Shown one piece after another: positions 27,368-37,843 of a stretch of DNA of 53,957 bases (the first letter of the stretch is position 1; every line of letters begins with the position of its first letter). A program made the translations under genes and the position numbers. The notes under the pieces were generated by a model, which saw only the letters and a list, made by a program, of their open reading frames with translations, was not told the DNA's origin and ran no database searches. The DNA comes from Minisyncoccia bacterium. GTDB lineage: Bacteria > Patescibacteriota > Minisyncoccia > Phycocordibacterales > UBA2100. The stretch lies in the NCBI GenBank assembly GCA_965659025.1, contig CBFHTW010000002.1:1-53957 (forward strand). The letters run 5' to 3'.

Positions 27368-27982
27368 TTAGATATCAAGGAGACGCTGTACGGCAGTTGC
27401 CTGAATACTGAATGTGGTGCGTGTGCGATTGTCATCAGAACCTGCGGTCCCTTTTATGGTAACAACCATTTTGGGCTGTACCACATCGCAAGGAGCGACA
27501 GAACACCCACGCAGAGAACCAATGACGTAAAAGTGCATATCGTCAATAGAGACTTCTGGAGCCGTCACACGAATCCACGTAGTACCGCCATCTTCTGATT
27601 TTTGGATGTACCCCACACTACTACCTGATGCGGGCACATACGCATACACCCACTGATCGGTAGTTCTCGCAGAATCACCTCCATATGGCTCAAAGGCAAA
27701 CACCGTGCCGCTACTTTGGGCGCAATCTTGCACTGTGGTGTATGGTGCCGTGCCGCAGTGATATGTGGTGCCCATGCGCGCTGCGCGCACCATCCCATCA
27801 AGGGCGACATTCAGATTTTCCATGACCGATTGCAGTGCCTGCGCTTTTCTGTTGGCGTTGATAAGCGTGAGAAGCGACCCGACGGCAATGGTCATCACAA
27901 TGGCAAATAGCGCAACGGCAACAATCATCTCCACAAGCGTAAACCCCGCCTGTTTTTGTATGAATGTTGTGTGAGTGGTCAT
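27368..27982 (-). CDS. prepilin-type N-terminal cleavage/methylation domain protein (minor pseudopilin)
   Basis: QAGFTLVEMIVAVALFAIVM. The start is trimmed to MTTHTTF. Confidence 0.75.
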   Translation of the reverse strand: MTTHTTFIQKQAGFTLVEMIVAVALFAIVMTIAVGSLLTLINANRKAQALQSVMENLNVALDGMVRAARMGTTYHCGTAPYTTVQDCAQSSGTVFAFEPYGGDSARTTDQWVYAYVPASGSSVGYIQKSEDGGTTWIRVTAPEVSIDDMHFYVIGSLRGCSVAPCDVVQPKMVVTIKGTAGSDDNRTRTTFSIQATAVQRLLDI

Positions 27983-28569
27983 GGTTGTGGTGCGGCTGTA
28001 ACGGATATCTGTCCTGTTGCCTCTACCAAAACAGCAATCCTGTCCCCACGCGGCGACTGGAGGACGACACATCCTTGGTCAAGAAGAGTTCCATTTCCAT
28101 TTGCGCGAATGCGCGCATCTGGTTCAGGGCGGACGAACACTATATCCAAGTTACTTACTGATGCCCCAGTACAACCACCACCCGCCGCTCCAGCATTGAG
28201 ATCAACAATTTGGTACCCTTGTGCAAAAGTGTAGGGCGATGGCGGGGTTACAATCTCCCCCGTATCATACAGACCATTGGAGGAGATCGCGTCTGCAAAT
28301 AAAATAAACTCCCCCGTGTCATTTGCAGCAAAGTGCACCCCGTATCCCGCGCTAAACGACGCACCAAAGCGCTTTACTGACACACCATATACCTGTGCTT
28401 GTCTTATGGTGAGCGCAACATCGTAGGCAAGATTGCGCAGATTTACCGTACCACCAAACGCTGAGTTGTTTGCAAGAACAACAGCAGAGATGATGACCAT
28501 GATGCCCGTAGTCACCATGAGCTCAACGAGAGTAAACCCTCTCTGCGCACCAGAGAGACGCATCACCAT
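27979..28569 (-). CDS. prepilin-type N-terminal cleavage/methylation domain protein (minor pseudopilin)
   Basis: QRGFTLVELMVTTGIMVIIS. The start is trimmed to MVMRLSG, overlapping the pilD stop. Confidence 0.75.
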   Translation of the reverse strand: MVMRLSGAQRGFTLVELMVTTGIMVIISAVVLANNSAFGGTVNLRNLAYDVALTIRQAQVYGVSVKRFGASFSAGYGVHFAANDTGEFILFADAISSNGLYDTGEIVTPPSPYTFAQGYQIVDLNAGAAGGGCTGASVSNLDIVFVRPEPDARIRANGNGTLLDQGCVVLQSPRGDRIAVLVEATGQISVTAAPQP

Positions 28570-29372
28570 ACGAGCCCTAAAAATGCGGGTACGGAATAAC
28601 CATAGTGCGCTGTGAACCATACAATAAAGAAACTGACAACGAGGAACGGACCAAACGGAACCTCGCTCTTCATTGTAACGCGTATCCCGCTGGCGAGAGA
28701 GTGACGCATGTGGGAAACCGCAAGCAGTGGGAGAAAAAAGATACTGCCGACTACGAAAGCAAGCCCGATTGTGAACAACCCCACCCATGGGCCCAGGAGC
28801 ACGCCCATGCCAAGTGCGAGCTTTACATCGCCAAGTCCCATCGCCCTACCACCGGAGAAAAACCACATACCAAAAAGCGGCACAGCACATACGAAAGCGC
28901 CAGTGAGCATGGTGAGTGGGTTTCCACCGTTTACAAAAGCGGCACAGATGGCCAAAAGGGTGTAGGCAACCACCCATGCGTCGGGAATAATAGTGTGGCG
29001 AATGTCATACACGGCAATCGCCAAAAGCACGGCCGCAATCGCGCAAGCAAGTGCAGTCGCAAGAAGCGGTAATGCCATGCCACCGATGAGTCCGAATAGT
29101 ATTACTGTTGCCATTTCAACAATCGGGTACTGTGCAGAGATAGCACTCCCGCATTGTCGGCATTTGCCGCGAAGCGTCACCCACGAAACAATCGGAATAA
29201 GGTCTAAAGATGTAAGTGTCCTTCCGCACGCCGCACAGGCACTTCTGCCCCGTACATTTCTTCCGGTACCATGCCGCAGTATGAGTACATTGAGGAAACT
29301 GCCAATGATGGCGCCAAATGTGGCATACAAGAGTACGAACATGCGTACATCATAACGCACAAGACCGCGCAT
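28563..29372 (-). CDS. pilD: prepilin peptidase (A24 family)
   Basis: N-terminal CxxC...CxxC (CAACGRTL...CRQCGSAI), multiple TM helices and GLGDVKL, the aspartate motif. Confidence 0.9.
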   Translation of the reverse strand: MRGLVRYDVRMFVLLYATFGAIIGSFLNVLILRHGTGRNVRGRSACAACGRTLTSLDLIPIVSWVTLRGKCRQCGSAISAQYPIVEMATVILFGLIGGMALPLLATALACAIAAVLLAIAVYDIRHTIIPDAWVVAYTLLAICAAFVNGGNPLTMLTGAFVCAVPLFGMWFFSGGRAMGLGDVKLALGMGVLLGPWVGLFTIGLAFVVGSIFFLPLLAVSHMRHSLASGIRVTMKSEVPFGPFLVVSFFIVWFTAHYGYSVPAFLGLVW

Positions 29373-29405
29373 TGCGCGGTCTTGTAAAAACCAACTTGGA
29401 AAGCA

Positions 29406-29930
29406 CTACGGCTTTACGTCGTATACAGGGTCAGTACCGGCAAAGTCTGCATTGCTGGTGTTATTGACAACACCCGTACATGTGGTGCCAGCTGTAGCAT
29501 CTGCATCAGCATTGAGTACCGTGTTGGACGTGTTTTCAAGTGTTCCACCAATGTGATAACTGGAACATGTCGCGCCAGAGCCAAGAGCAGCGTATTTGTA
29601 GCATGATGCTTGAGCACCTGTGGTACAAACAGCGCCCGTGGCCGAAGGGTCGGACGGAACGACCGAAATATAGTTGTTCGGGGCGGTTACGAGATTTGCG
29701 TTAGAAAGCGCTGTCGGGTAACTGCTGTGTGCATCATAGTAGAGCTCAAGGGCGAGTTGTATCTGCTTAATATCCGAGACGCGACGAGCATCCCTGCCTT
29801 TTTGACGTGCGCTGTTGAGTGAGGCAAGTACCACCGACGAGAGGATACCAATAATAGCGATGACGACCAAAAGTTCAATGAGGGTGAAGCCTGCCCGTGC
29901 AGATTTTCCTTGTGTATAGTGTGTATTCAT
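29406..29930 (-). CDS. type IV pilin (major-pilin candidate 1)
   Basis: [37 protein letters not shown]. Confidence 0.85.
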   Translation of the reverse strand: MNTHYTQGKSARAGFTLIELLVVIAIIGILSSVVLASLNSARQKGRDARRVSDIKQIQLALELYYDAHSSYPTALSNANLVTAPNNYISVVPSDPSATGAVCTTGAQASCYKYAALGSGATCSSYHIGGTLENTSNTVLNADADATAGTTCTGVVNNTSNADFAGTDPVYDVKP

Positions 29931-29980
29931 AGAAGAATGTTATTAAATATCCGTGAGTGTAATTGTCCCGCGAATATTCA

Positions 29981-30499
29981 TTAATTGCAACCGGCCTTAA
30001 TAGTGCCATTTTGGTCTATATAGACCATGCCGCCGGTTGTGGTAAGAGGACCAGATTTCGTTTCCAGATATACGCACACTTCCCATGTTTGAGTGTCGGC
30101 ACCTGCGGTCGCAAGAGTCCCCTTCCCAACCGCATAATCACATGAAGATGTAGAGCCTGTAGTGCATGCCGTGGTGGAACCAGATGGATCTTTGTATCCA
30201 CTCAAGTCCGGTGTAGTCACCAATGACACACGCGCACCAGCGCCTACAGCACCACCACCAGAGACGGTAAGCGCTGTAGCCGCGCCGCCCGTATCCGCGA
30301 TGGCGAGTGAATTTGCGATTTGTTTGAGATCAGAAAGACGGCGCGCATCACGTCCCTTGGAGCGAGCACTTCCGAGCGCCGCAAGTACCACCGACGAGAG
30401 GATGCCAATGATAGCGATGACGACCAAAAGTTCAATGAGGGTAAAACCAGCCTGCTTGGCATGCGCGGCAGATTTACCTCGCGTATCAGAGTATTGCAT
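29981..30499 (-). CDS. type IV pilin (major-pilin candidate 2)
   Basis: [37 protein letters not shown]. The N-terminal ~45 aa are nearly identical to the neighbouring pilin. The C-terminal domain is divergent. Confidence 0.85.
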   Translation of the reverse strand: MQYSDTRGKSAAHAKQAGFTLIELLVVIAIIGILSSVVLAALGSARSKGRDARRLSDLKQIANSLAIADTGGAATALTVSGGGAVGAGARVSLVTTPDLSGYKDPSGSTTACTTGSTSSCDYAVGKGTLATAGADTQTWEVCVYLETKSGPLTTTGGMVYIDQNGTIKAGCN

Positions 30500-30556
30500 A
30501 TGTGCTCCCAGTATAGCCCCCGAAGTGGCGTGCAGACAAGAGCGCTGTGGACAACA

Positions 30557-31765
30557 CTACAATCCGGAGGCAACGTTGTAGATTGGCATCAACACCGCCG
30601 CAAGAAGGAACGCGACACCAACCGCCAGGGCAACGATCATGAACGGCTCAATGAGTCCCACGACTGTATCCAATGTGTTGTTGACCTCCCGACGATAGTA
30701 ACGCGCCAAAGTATCAAGAATGTTGGAAAGGTTTCCTGTTTCCTCGCCAATCTTCACCATCGCCACAAAAATGCCCGGCATCTCTGGGTGTTTGCGCATC
30801 GCCTCAGAGGCGGAGAGTCCACCTTTAACATCGGAGGCGACAACACCCATCACTCGCTCATAGGTGACATCGCCCACAACAGTCGCCGTGATTTCAAGCG
30901 CGCGAAGCATCTGAATACCACTACGAAGCATTGTGGAGAGGTTGTCGGCAATGCGGGAAAGGTACAGTTTGCGATACAAACCACCGACAGCCGGCAGAGA
31001 CATGCGCGCATGAGAAAATGTCGCCGTGCCGCGCTCCGTACGTCCGTAACGAACAAAAAACACCCCAGCGATAACAAACAAGAGAATAAACGGCACAATG
31101 TACGCGGTGAGGAAATTACTCACTCCCATAACAACGCGCGTGTATATTGGAAGTGTTTGGCCGGTCTCCGTGAGAATTGCGGAGAGTTTCGGAATAACAA
31201 GCGTCATCATAAGCACCATAACGCTTGCAAAGGTAAGCATAATGAATGCGGGATAAATGAGCGCGTTGGTCGCCTTTTGTGTGATTTCGTAGTTACGGTC
31301 CAAATAATCCGCCAAAAATGCGAATGTCTCGTCCAATTTACCCGCCTCTTCACCGGCACGCACCATGTTTACATAAAAAGAGGAAAACACATCCGGGTGG
31401 CGAGAAAGTGCCGCGGAAATGGTACTGCCCCCTTCAATATCGGAAGCAATATCAGAGAGACGGCTGGCAAGCTTGGGGGTACGAGCTTCGCTCGCAAGCA
31501 ACTGAAACGCTCGAAGCGCTGAGACCTGCGCTTCAAAGAGCGTGGTCATCTGACGCGAGAGCATGACGATGTCTCGGTTGGTGATGCGCTCAAAGAGATG
31601 CATTGAGCCGTCCAGCCCCGTCTTGGTATCTGCCGGATCTATGGAAGAAATCACAAGCTCGCGCCGCTGTAGTGCGGAAATTGCAACGTCAATGTTGACC
31701 GCGTCTATGGTCCCCTGGCGCTCAGCGCCGGCTTTATCAAACGCTTTGTATGCAAAAAGTGCCAT
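30557..31765 (-). CDS. pilC: type IV pilus platform protein (GspF/PilC family)
   Basis: 402 aa with two T2SS-F repeats and 3 TM segments. Confidence 0.9.
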   Translation of the reverse strand: MALFAYKAFDKAGAERQGTIDAVNIDVAISALQRRELVISSIDPADTKTGLDGSMHLFERITNRDIVMLSRQMTTLFEAQVSALRAFQLLASEARTPKLASRLSDIASDIEGGSTISAALSRHPDVFSSFYVNMVRAGEEAGKLDETFAFLADYLDRNYEITQKATNALIYPAFIMLTFASVMVLMMTLVIPKLSAILTETGQTLPIYTRVVMGVSNFLTAYIVPFILLFVIAGVFFVRYGRTERGTATFSHARMSLPAVGGLYRKLYLSRIADNLSTMLRSGIQMLRALEITATVVGDVTYERVMGVVASDVKGGLSASEAMRKHPEMPGIFVAMVKIGEETGNLSNILDTLARYYRREVNNTLDTVVGLIEPFMIVALAVGVAFLLAAVLMPIYNVASGL

Positions 31766-31775
31766 GTATCACGTG

Positions 31776-32837
31776 CTAGATAAGCTTTTCAAGAAGGTTC
31801 GGGTTGAGCGAATATGCGTAGGCGCTCTCCACGCTGATTTCGCCGCGACTCACCAGCTCGGCAAGGGAGCGATTGAGGTCAATCATGCCTTCCGATGAAG
31901 ATGTCTCAATGACGGTCGGAATCTCGTGTGTGCGACGCTCTCGGATGAGATTGGCCACTGCTTTGTTGTTGATGAGAAGTTCATATGCGGGAATAAGACC
32001 ACCGGAGACGCGCGGAACAAGCCGCTGGCTAAAGATACCCGCGAGCGACGAGGCTAGCTGGAGTCTGATTTGATCTTGCTGGCCGGCGGGGAATGAATCA
32101 ATGATGCGATCAATGGTTTGCGCCGCGTTGTTGGTATGTAGCGTAGAAAACACGAGGTGGCCTGTCTCTGCGGCGGTAACCGCCGCGGCGATGGTTTCCG
32201 GTCCGCGCATCTCCCCCACCAGAATCACGTCAACATCCTGACGAAACGCGGAGTGAAGCGCCGTCGCAAAGTCTTTTGTGTCTGTCCCCACCTCTCGCTG
32301 GTCTACAAGAGAGCGCTTTGGTTCGTACAGGTACTCAATAGGGTCTTCAATGGTAACGATGTGTTCCGTGCGCTCGGTGTTGATAAGCTCAATGAGCGCG
32401 GCGAGCGTGGTGGACTTCCCTTGCCCCACCGGGCCTACAACCAAGAAAAATCCCTGATTCTTACGGGCAAACGAGTCAAGAATGTCCGGTAGGTTCAATT
32501 CTTTGATAGTGCGGATTTGTTTTTGGATGAAGCGCAATTCAATGCCGATCGCTCCGCGTTCAAAGAACGCGTTGCCGCGGAATCTTCCCACGCCAGCTAC
32601 ACTGTACGCAAAGTCAATTTCCCTGTCTTCCATAAAACGCTTCTTTTGCTCCGCAGTGAGAATCGCGTCAACAAATCCGGCAGTATCCTTCTCGGTAAGC
32701 ACCGACTCTTTGAGCATTGGGAGTAATTCGCCGGAGACGCGGATCGTGGGGTGCGCATCCGTGGAAAGGTGGAGATCGCTCCCGCCTTCGTGCAGAAGTA
32801 CGTTCACGTATTTTGTTAACACTGATTCGTAATCCAT
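31776..32837 (-). CDS. pilT: type IV pilus retraction ATPase PilT
   Basis: Walker A GPVGQGKST, AIRESLRQDPD-like AFRQDVDVILVGEMR and LVFSTLHTN. Confidence 0.9.
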   Translation of the reverse strand: MDYESVLTKYVNVLLHEGGSDLHLSTDAHPTIRVSGELLPMLKESVLTEKDTAGFVDAILTAEQKKRFMEDREIDFAYSVAGVGRFRGNAFFERGAIGIELRFIQKQIRTIKELNLPDILDSFARKNQGFFLVVGPVGQGKSTTLAALIELINTERTEHIVTIEDPIEYLYEPKRSLVDQREVGTDTKDFATALHSAFRQDVDVILVGEMRGPETIAAAVTAAETGHLVFSTLHTNNAAQTIDRIIDSFPAGQQDQIRLQLASSLAGIFSQRLVPRVSGGLIPAYELLINNKAVANLIRERRTHEIPTVIETSSSEGMIDLNRSLAELVSRGEISVESAYAYSLNPNLLEKLI

Positions 32838-32849
32838 AAAAGCATTGTA

Positions 32850-33263
32850 CTACGCGGAATGTTCATGTTTGGCGCGTTTCCCCAATTCTTCGTCCACAAT
32901 GGCAACAACCTCGGAAGGAATAACGCTCGCCTTGATAACATAGCGACACACACCTAGCGACTCACAGGTCTTCCGCTCCGACCCCTCGGACTGATTGGTG
33001 AGGGCAATCCATGCGGCGTTTGGTGCAAGGTGTTCGTCCTTCAGAGCCTGCAGAAGTGCGAAGCCGTCCTTCCCGGGCATGAGAATGTCAAACAGTATCG
33101 CATCGGGTTGTAAACCACCGCGCAATGCCTGCAGGGCCTCATCAACAGAGAGGTACGCGTATGCTTCAAAGCCACTGTGTGTGAGCTTCAAGCTGTACGC
33201 ATCCAAGAGGAACTGGTCGTCGTCTACGAGTAGTACTTTCTTTTTTTGCGGTTCGTCAGTCAT
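32850..33263 (-). CDS. receiver-only response regulator (CheY-like)
   Basis: KKVLLVDDD...DILMPGKDGF...ALT. No output domain. Confidence 0.85.
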   Translation of the reverse strand: MTDEPQKKKVLLVDDDQFLLDAYSLKLTHSGFEAYAYLSVDEALQALRGGLQPDAILFDILMPGKDGFALLQALKDEHLAPNAAWIALTNQSEGSERKTCESLGVCRYVIKASVIPSEVVAIVDEELGKRAKHEHSA

Positions 33264-33266
33264 ATG

Positions 33267-34970
33267 TTAGGTAAGTGTCGCCGATTCAGATTCTTTCTCT
33301 TCTGGGATGGTCGCATCAATTTCTTCTGCAAGCAAAAGCGAAGAGAGCGCATTGACCTCAGAGAACGGCACCGTGCCTGCGACACACTTCATGATAGCAT
33401 CCTCCCGCATGGTGAGCATGCCCTGTTCACGCGCCGCAGTCCACAAACGAGAATCAACCGGATTCTCCAAAATGATTTTCTCTATTTCCGAAGACATCTC
33501 AAGGATTTCAAATACCGCCCGGCGGCCGCGCAAGCCCGTAGGGCATGACGGCGTGCGTCCGGCTTCGTACACCTTCTCCGGCACCGCAAAACGATGTTTT
33601 TCTGGAAGTGTTTGAATTTGGTCTTCAATTTCTCGTTTCTCCGAAATGGATAATTCGCGTTCTACCCCGGCTCCTTCACACAAGGTGCGCACGAGTCGTT
33701 GTGCAACCGAGCACACAAGTGTGGGTGGAATAAGGTACGGCTCCACACCCATGTCAATAAGACGCGGAATGGTACCAACAGCGTCATTTGTGTGAATAGT
33801 TGAAAGCACCAAATGGCCGGTAAGCGCCGCTTGAATAGCAAGCTTGGCGGTCTCCCCGTCACGGATCTCACCAACCATGATGACATCAGGGTCCTGACGA
33901 AGCGTGGTGCGCAGTCCGTTTGCGAATGTGTATCCAATTTCTGGCCGCACCTGTGATTGGGTCACTCCATCTACGTAGTATTCCACCGGATCCTCAAGCG
34001 AGAGCACGTTTTTGTGCTCGCGATCAACCTCCTCAAGCATGGAGTAGAGCGTGGTGGATTTACCACTGCCCGTGGGACCAGAGATAAGCACGAGGCCATG
34101 CGGCCTTTTGACAGCCTTGCGCAGAAGCTGAAGATTGCGATCGGTCAGACCGATCTGATCAAGCGGAATATATCCGCGATCGCGGTCAAGAATACGAATC
34201 ACCACCTTCTCTCCGTTGTATGAAGGGAATGTAGAGACACGGAAGTCAATTGAACGCTTGTCTATGGTGGCCGAGAAGCGGCCGTCTTGCGGCTTGCGGC
34301 TCTCATCAAGGCGAATAGACGCGAGCACCTTCACGCGCGCGATAAGCGGACGATGCGTACCCTGCGGCAGAACGACACTTGTGTGCAAATCGCCATCCAC
34401 GCGATACCGCACGCGCACACCGGCGTTGGTCGGCTCAATGTGAACGTCTGATGCATTGCCATCTATGGCATACCGCAGAATCGTGGAAAAAATCTTTATG
34501 GTGGGCGCGTCCTCCTGAATACCGCCCCCTTCAATCAAACGACCGTCGGCACCTTTCAAGTCCAACAAAGCTTCTTCTTCTATCAAAGGGCGCAGAGCGG
34601 ATTTTTGTTCAGTTTCAAGGTCGGTCAATGCACGGTCTACCTCACCGCCAAGGCCTTGGTACATGCCAAGTACTCGTTTGAAATCTTCCGAGGTAATCCG
34701 AAACACCTTGAAGGGTACACCCGTCTTGCGAGAGATAAAGTTGAGCGCATCAAGAGCGTCTATGGAATCCGGATCAACGATGCCCACTTCAAGCACGCCG
34801 TCGGCGAATGCGAGCGGTACGAATTCGTAGTGCGTGGCCGATTCCTCCGGGATATATCGGAGTGTGTCGTACGGTATGCGCGCCGGCGGTGTAATACTCG
34901 GCACCGCGCCATCTTGCGCTACTTGGGCGCCACCTTGGTATACCCCGTCGCGAGAAGTGCCGGTGGGCAT
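33267..34970 (-). CDS. pilB: type IV pilus assembly ATPase (GspE/PilB family)
   Basis: Walker A GPTGSGKST, LRQDPDVIMVGEIRD, LVLSTIHTN, and a GspII-like N-terminal domain. Confidence 0.9.
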   Translation of the reverse strand: MPTGTSRDGVYQGGAQVAQDGAVPSITPPARIPYDTLRYIPEESATHYEFVPLAFADGVLEVGIVDPDSIDALDALNFISRKTGVPFKVFRITSEDFKRVLGMYQGLGGEVDRALTDLETEQKSALRPLIEEEALLDLKGADGRLIEGGGIQEDAPTIKIFSTILRYAIDGNASDVHIEPTNAGVRVRYRVDGDLHTSVVLPQGTHRPLIARVKVLASIRLDESRKPQDGRFSATIDKRSIDFRVSTFPSYNGEKVVIRILDRDRGYIPLDQIGLTDRNLQLLRKAVKRPHGLVLISGPTGSGKSTTLYSMLEEVDREHKNVLSLEDPVEYYVDGVTQSQVRPEIGYTFANGLRTTLRQDPDVIMVGEIRDGETAKLAIQAALTGHLVLSTIHTNDAVGTIPRLIDMGVEPYLIPPTLVCSVAQRLVRTLCEGAGVERELSISEKREIEDQIQTLPEKHRFAVPEKVYEAGRTPSCPTGLRGRRAVFEILEMSSEIEKIILENPVDSRLWTAAREQGMLTMREDAIMKCVAGTVPFSEVNALSSLLLAEEIDATIPEEKESESATLT

Positions 34971-34976
34971 AGCTCG

Positions 34977-35339
34977 TTAGTGGGCCGGCTTGGTGGGAAT
35001 TGGAAAATGTTTCGTAGCGGCAGTTTCCGTTGTGGTTGCAGTGAGTGCAATTGGTGCGAACGGATCAGGACGACCGGCCGGCTCTGGAATAATGTCCGTA
35101 CTGAAGTCACGCAATGACGCAAAGAGAGGGTCGGAGAAGATGGCACCAGAAAGGGTGATGGAGCGCAACTGAAGAAGCGTTGAGACTACTTCACTGTCGG
35201 CAGATGTGCCTGTACCTCCACTTGATCCGAGCAGACTTGATGAACCACCTTCAGAAGAAAGGCCATACCAAATAAGTGCGGCGACCACGACTCCACTGCC
35301 GATAAATAACCAGATGTTGTGTTTGATGATGTTTGCCAT
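34977..35339 (-). CDS. small membrane-anchored protein of the pilus locus
   Basis: 120 aa with a single N-terminal TM helix, placed between pilO-like and pilB. The function is not recognisable. Confidence 0.5.
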   Translation of the reverse strand: MANIIKHNIWLFIGSGVVVAALIWYGLSSEGGSSSLLGSSGGTGTSADSEVVSTLLQLRSITLSGAIFSDPLFASLRDFSTDIIPEPAGRPDPFAPIALTATTTETAATKHFPIPTKPAH

Positions 35340-35344
35340 AGATA

Positions 35345-35914
35345 CTATTTGAGCCAGTAGGTGCGGAGGGTAAGACTGTAGCGGTAGCTTTGTGTACCTG
35401 TCGGCAACATCTGCTCGCGGGTAATCTCTAGATTCTCAACATCAACAATGCGCAGGCCAGACTCCAAATCCCGTAAGAATGCGCTGAAGCTTGTATAGGT
35501 ACCGTGTGTCCCAAATCGTAACGTGAGGGAATCATACACTCGTGATTGTGCACCGATCGTCCCGGCGATGGTTTTTGTGTTGCCAGAGCTCTCCGGTGCA
35601 CCCACCTCCACATTTTCCAGACCAAGGCCGTACTTGGTGGCGAGACTGTCAATGTCCAAGATAAGCCGCACGTTGTCTACATGATCAGGCAGAAGTTTTT
35701 GCAAACGATCTAGTGAGACGGGGTCAAGCGCATTGTACCGAGAAAGTAATGTCTGCTTGAGCTGTTGCAATTCATTCGCCTTTGTAAGCGCCTGATCATA
35801 CTGCGTGTTTTGCGCCTGCATGCTACGCGTAGTGTCGTAGGTGGGTTGCGTATAGCCGAAAAACATTGCCCCGGCGGCGGCCAACCCAGCGATTGCGATA
35901 ATAATGCGTGTCAT
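35345..35914 (-). CDS. pilO: PilO-like pilus assembly protein
   Basis: The start is trimmed to MTRIIIAIAGL. It has an N-terminal TM helix, a coiled coil and a ferredoxin-like C-terminus. It lies after the pilM and pilN genes. Confidence 0.6.
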   Translation of the reverse strand: MTRIIIAIAGLAAAGAMFFGYTQPTYDTTRSMQAQNTQYDQALTKANELQQLKQTLLSRYNALDPVSLDRLQKLLPDHVDNVRLILDIDSLATKYGLGLENVEVGAPESSGNTKTIAGTIGAQSRVYDSLTLRFGTHGTYTSFSAFLRDLESGLRIVDVENLEITREQMLPTGTQSYRYSLTLRTYWLK

Positions 35915-35918
35915 ATGA

Positions 35919-36623
35919 CTATTGTTGTGCCGACCCTTCGCCCTCCTGTGTTGGTGGCTGGGTTGCCTGTGTTTGCTGTTGCGACGTTGTATCTGTCGGT
36001 GATTGTGAGGAAGCAGGCTGAACGCTTGCGGCCTGCGCACTAAGTTCGTGCACATAGGTGATATTGGCCGGATTCACCACAGCGCTTACTTCAAAATGAA
36101 TGCCATCTTGTTGCCGCGTGATGTTAGAAAAGATAGGACTTGCAATGACGCCAGTCTTTCCGAACAGATCGGCCTGCAAGGCAATTGCGTTGACACTCTT
36201 TGCTACACCCTGCATGCGGAGAGTCATCTTACTCTTGTCCGAACCAGAGAATGAAAATGAGTCAAACGCTACCGACTGTAATGTGGATTGTTCCAAAATG
36301 CGCAGAATAACGGTCGGGGCAATGTGCGCCTCAAGAAGCTTTTCCCCGGCGAGCATGCGATCGTCTAGACGCGTAAGCTGGTTGATAAGTGATGGTTCAA
36401 AGGCGGCCTTGGCCCTATCAAGCTCGGAAGACTTTGTTTTGGTCGCCGTCTGCAAATACCCCTGGTACAGAAACACCCCGGCCGCAAGCGCCACGGATGC
36501 GACAAAAAGCACCACAGAAAGGACAACAAAAATATCCGAGCCGCCAGGAAGTTCAACTCCGCGCGTGCCCTTACCGCCCCTGATCTCCGAAGGGATGAAT
36601 GAGGTGTTTATAGGTGATTCCAT
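35919..36623 (-). CDS. pilN: PilN-like pilus assembly protein
   Basis: Single TM helix after a short cytoplasmic N-terminus, directly downstream of pilM. It has a Gln/Thr-rich tail. Confidence 0.55.
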   Translation of the reverse strand: MESPINTSFIPSEIRGGKGTRGVELPGGSDIFVVLSVVLFVASVALAAGVFLYQGYLQTATKTKSSELDRAKAAFEPSLINQLTRLDDRMLAGEKLLEAHIAPTVILRILEQSTLQSVAFDSFSFSGSDKSKMTLRMQGVAKSVNAIALQADLFGKTGVIASPIFSNITRQQDGIHFEVSAVVNPANITYVHELSAQAASVQPASSQSPTDTTSQQQTQATQPPTQEGEGSAQQ

Positions 36624-36625
36624 AC

Positions 36626-37780
36626 TTATTGTTGAATTTTCAGTTCGCGAAGCGCGAGCCCGAGTGCCACAGCGAACGAAGGACCAATTTCTCGCAAGAC
36701 ATTTTGCAAAAATGCGGGTGCTTCAGTCTTCGCGAACGGATCTGCGACGACCGATTCTACTCCAAGCACACGCGAAGCTTCTTCTGCGAGACCAGGGAGC
36801 GAAGATGCGCCGCCGGTGAACACCACTTGCAGCACGTTCTTGTTGTACCGCTTCCCGTACGATAATAGTACCCGATTTGCTTCAGAAAAGAGACGCTCAA
36901 GTGTTGATAACAATGATTCGCGTATTTTTGCATTCTCACTCTCGCTGTATGCCTTGGAACCTTTCAAGCCGGATTCACGTTTGACTCGTTCTGCTTTTTC
37001 AAAATCCCACCCTAGTGAGAGCGCGAGTGATTCTGTCATGTGCATACCGCCCTGCGTGACCAGGTGTGAGGCGCGTACGATGCCCCGCTCCACCACATAC
37101 ACCTTCGTGGTTGCGGCTCCAATGTCTACCACGAGAAACGGCGCAACGCCGCGCGAGAGTGAAGAGCGAATGGAGCTGAAAATCTCTATCTCAAAAAACT
37201 TCACCGCGATATCCGTTGCTCCAGCAATCGTCTGGTATGCCCGCACAGTGTCATTATGGATAGCCGCGAGCAAGACCTCTTGTTTGCGTCCTGGGTTTGT
37301 CTTTGTGGGGTCGGCCTCTACGCGATCAAACGCGTCGCTTTGTTCATCGCCCGGTATCAAGAACCAATCAAGCGTTACCTCGGAGACAGGCACTGGTATG
37401 TACTTGCGCGCCTCAATGGGAATCATTCTCTTGAGCGATTCGTCGTCTGTTTTGGGCACTTCCAAGACGGTTACCAAACTAGATGAAAAAGGAATGGAGA
37501 GCCCGCCCGTGCGTGCGGTAACATTTGCCTCACGCATGAGATCGGTGATTGCTTCGGCAGCCTTCTCGTTTGAAAGTTTGACTGATTTTCCTATCGGCTG
37601 TTCCGCGTATGGCCCCAAGGCAATCTCACCGTATGTTTCAAGCACGGCCGTCCCGTGCGAAGCACGCAGTTGTACTATCTTGGCTGAGCTCGCACCAATA
37701 TCAAGCCCAATGACACTCCCCTCTGCACCACCGAGCGCAGAGCGAAAGATATTGCCGAGGCTACCGAGAGAAAACGCCAT
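36626..37780 (-). CDS. pilM: type IV pilus assembly protein PilM (actin-like ATPase fold)
   Basis: VIGLDIGASSAKIVQL...VVDIGAATTKVYVV...VVFTGGASSLPGL. The start is trimmed to MAFSLGSLG. Confidence 0.85.
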   Translation of the reverse strand: MAFSLGSLGNIFRSALGGAEGSVIGLDIGASSAKIVQLRASHGTAVLETYGEIALGPYAEQPIGKSVKLSNEKAAEAITDLMREANVTARTGGLSIPFSSSLVTVLEVPKTDDESLKRMIPIEARKYIPVPVSEVTLDWFLIPGDEQSDAFDRVEADPTKTNPGRKQEVLLAAIHNDTVRAYQTIAGATDIAVKFFEIEIFSSIRSSLSRGVAPFLVVDIGAATTKVYVVERGIVRASHLVTQGGMHMTESLALSLGWDFEKAERVKRESGLKGSKAYSESENAKIRESLLSTLERLFSEANRVLLSYGKRYNKNVLQVVFTGGASSLPGLAEEASRVLGVESVVADPFAKTEAPAFLQNVLREIGPSFAVALGLALRELKIQQ

Positions 37781-37843
37781 GATATCAAGTATAACACCTC
37801 CGTGCGGCGCACGTACTGCAAGCCTGGCATACAATAGGTATAC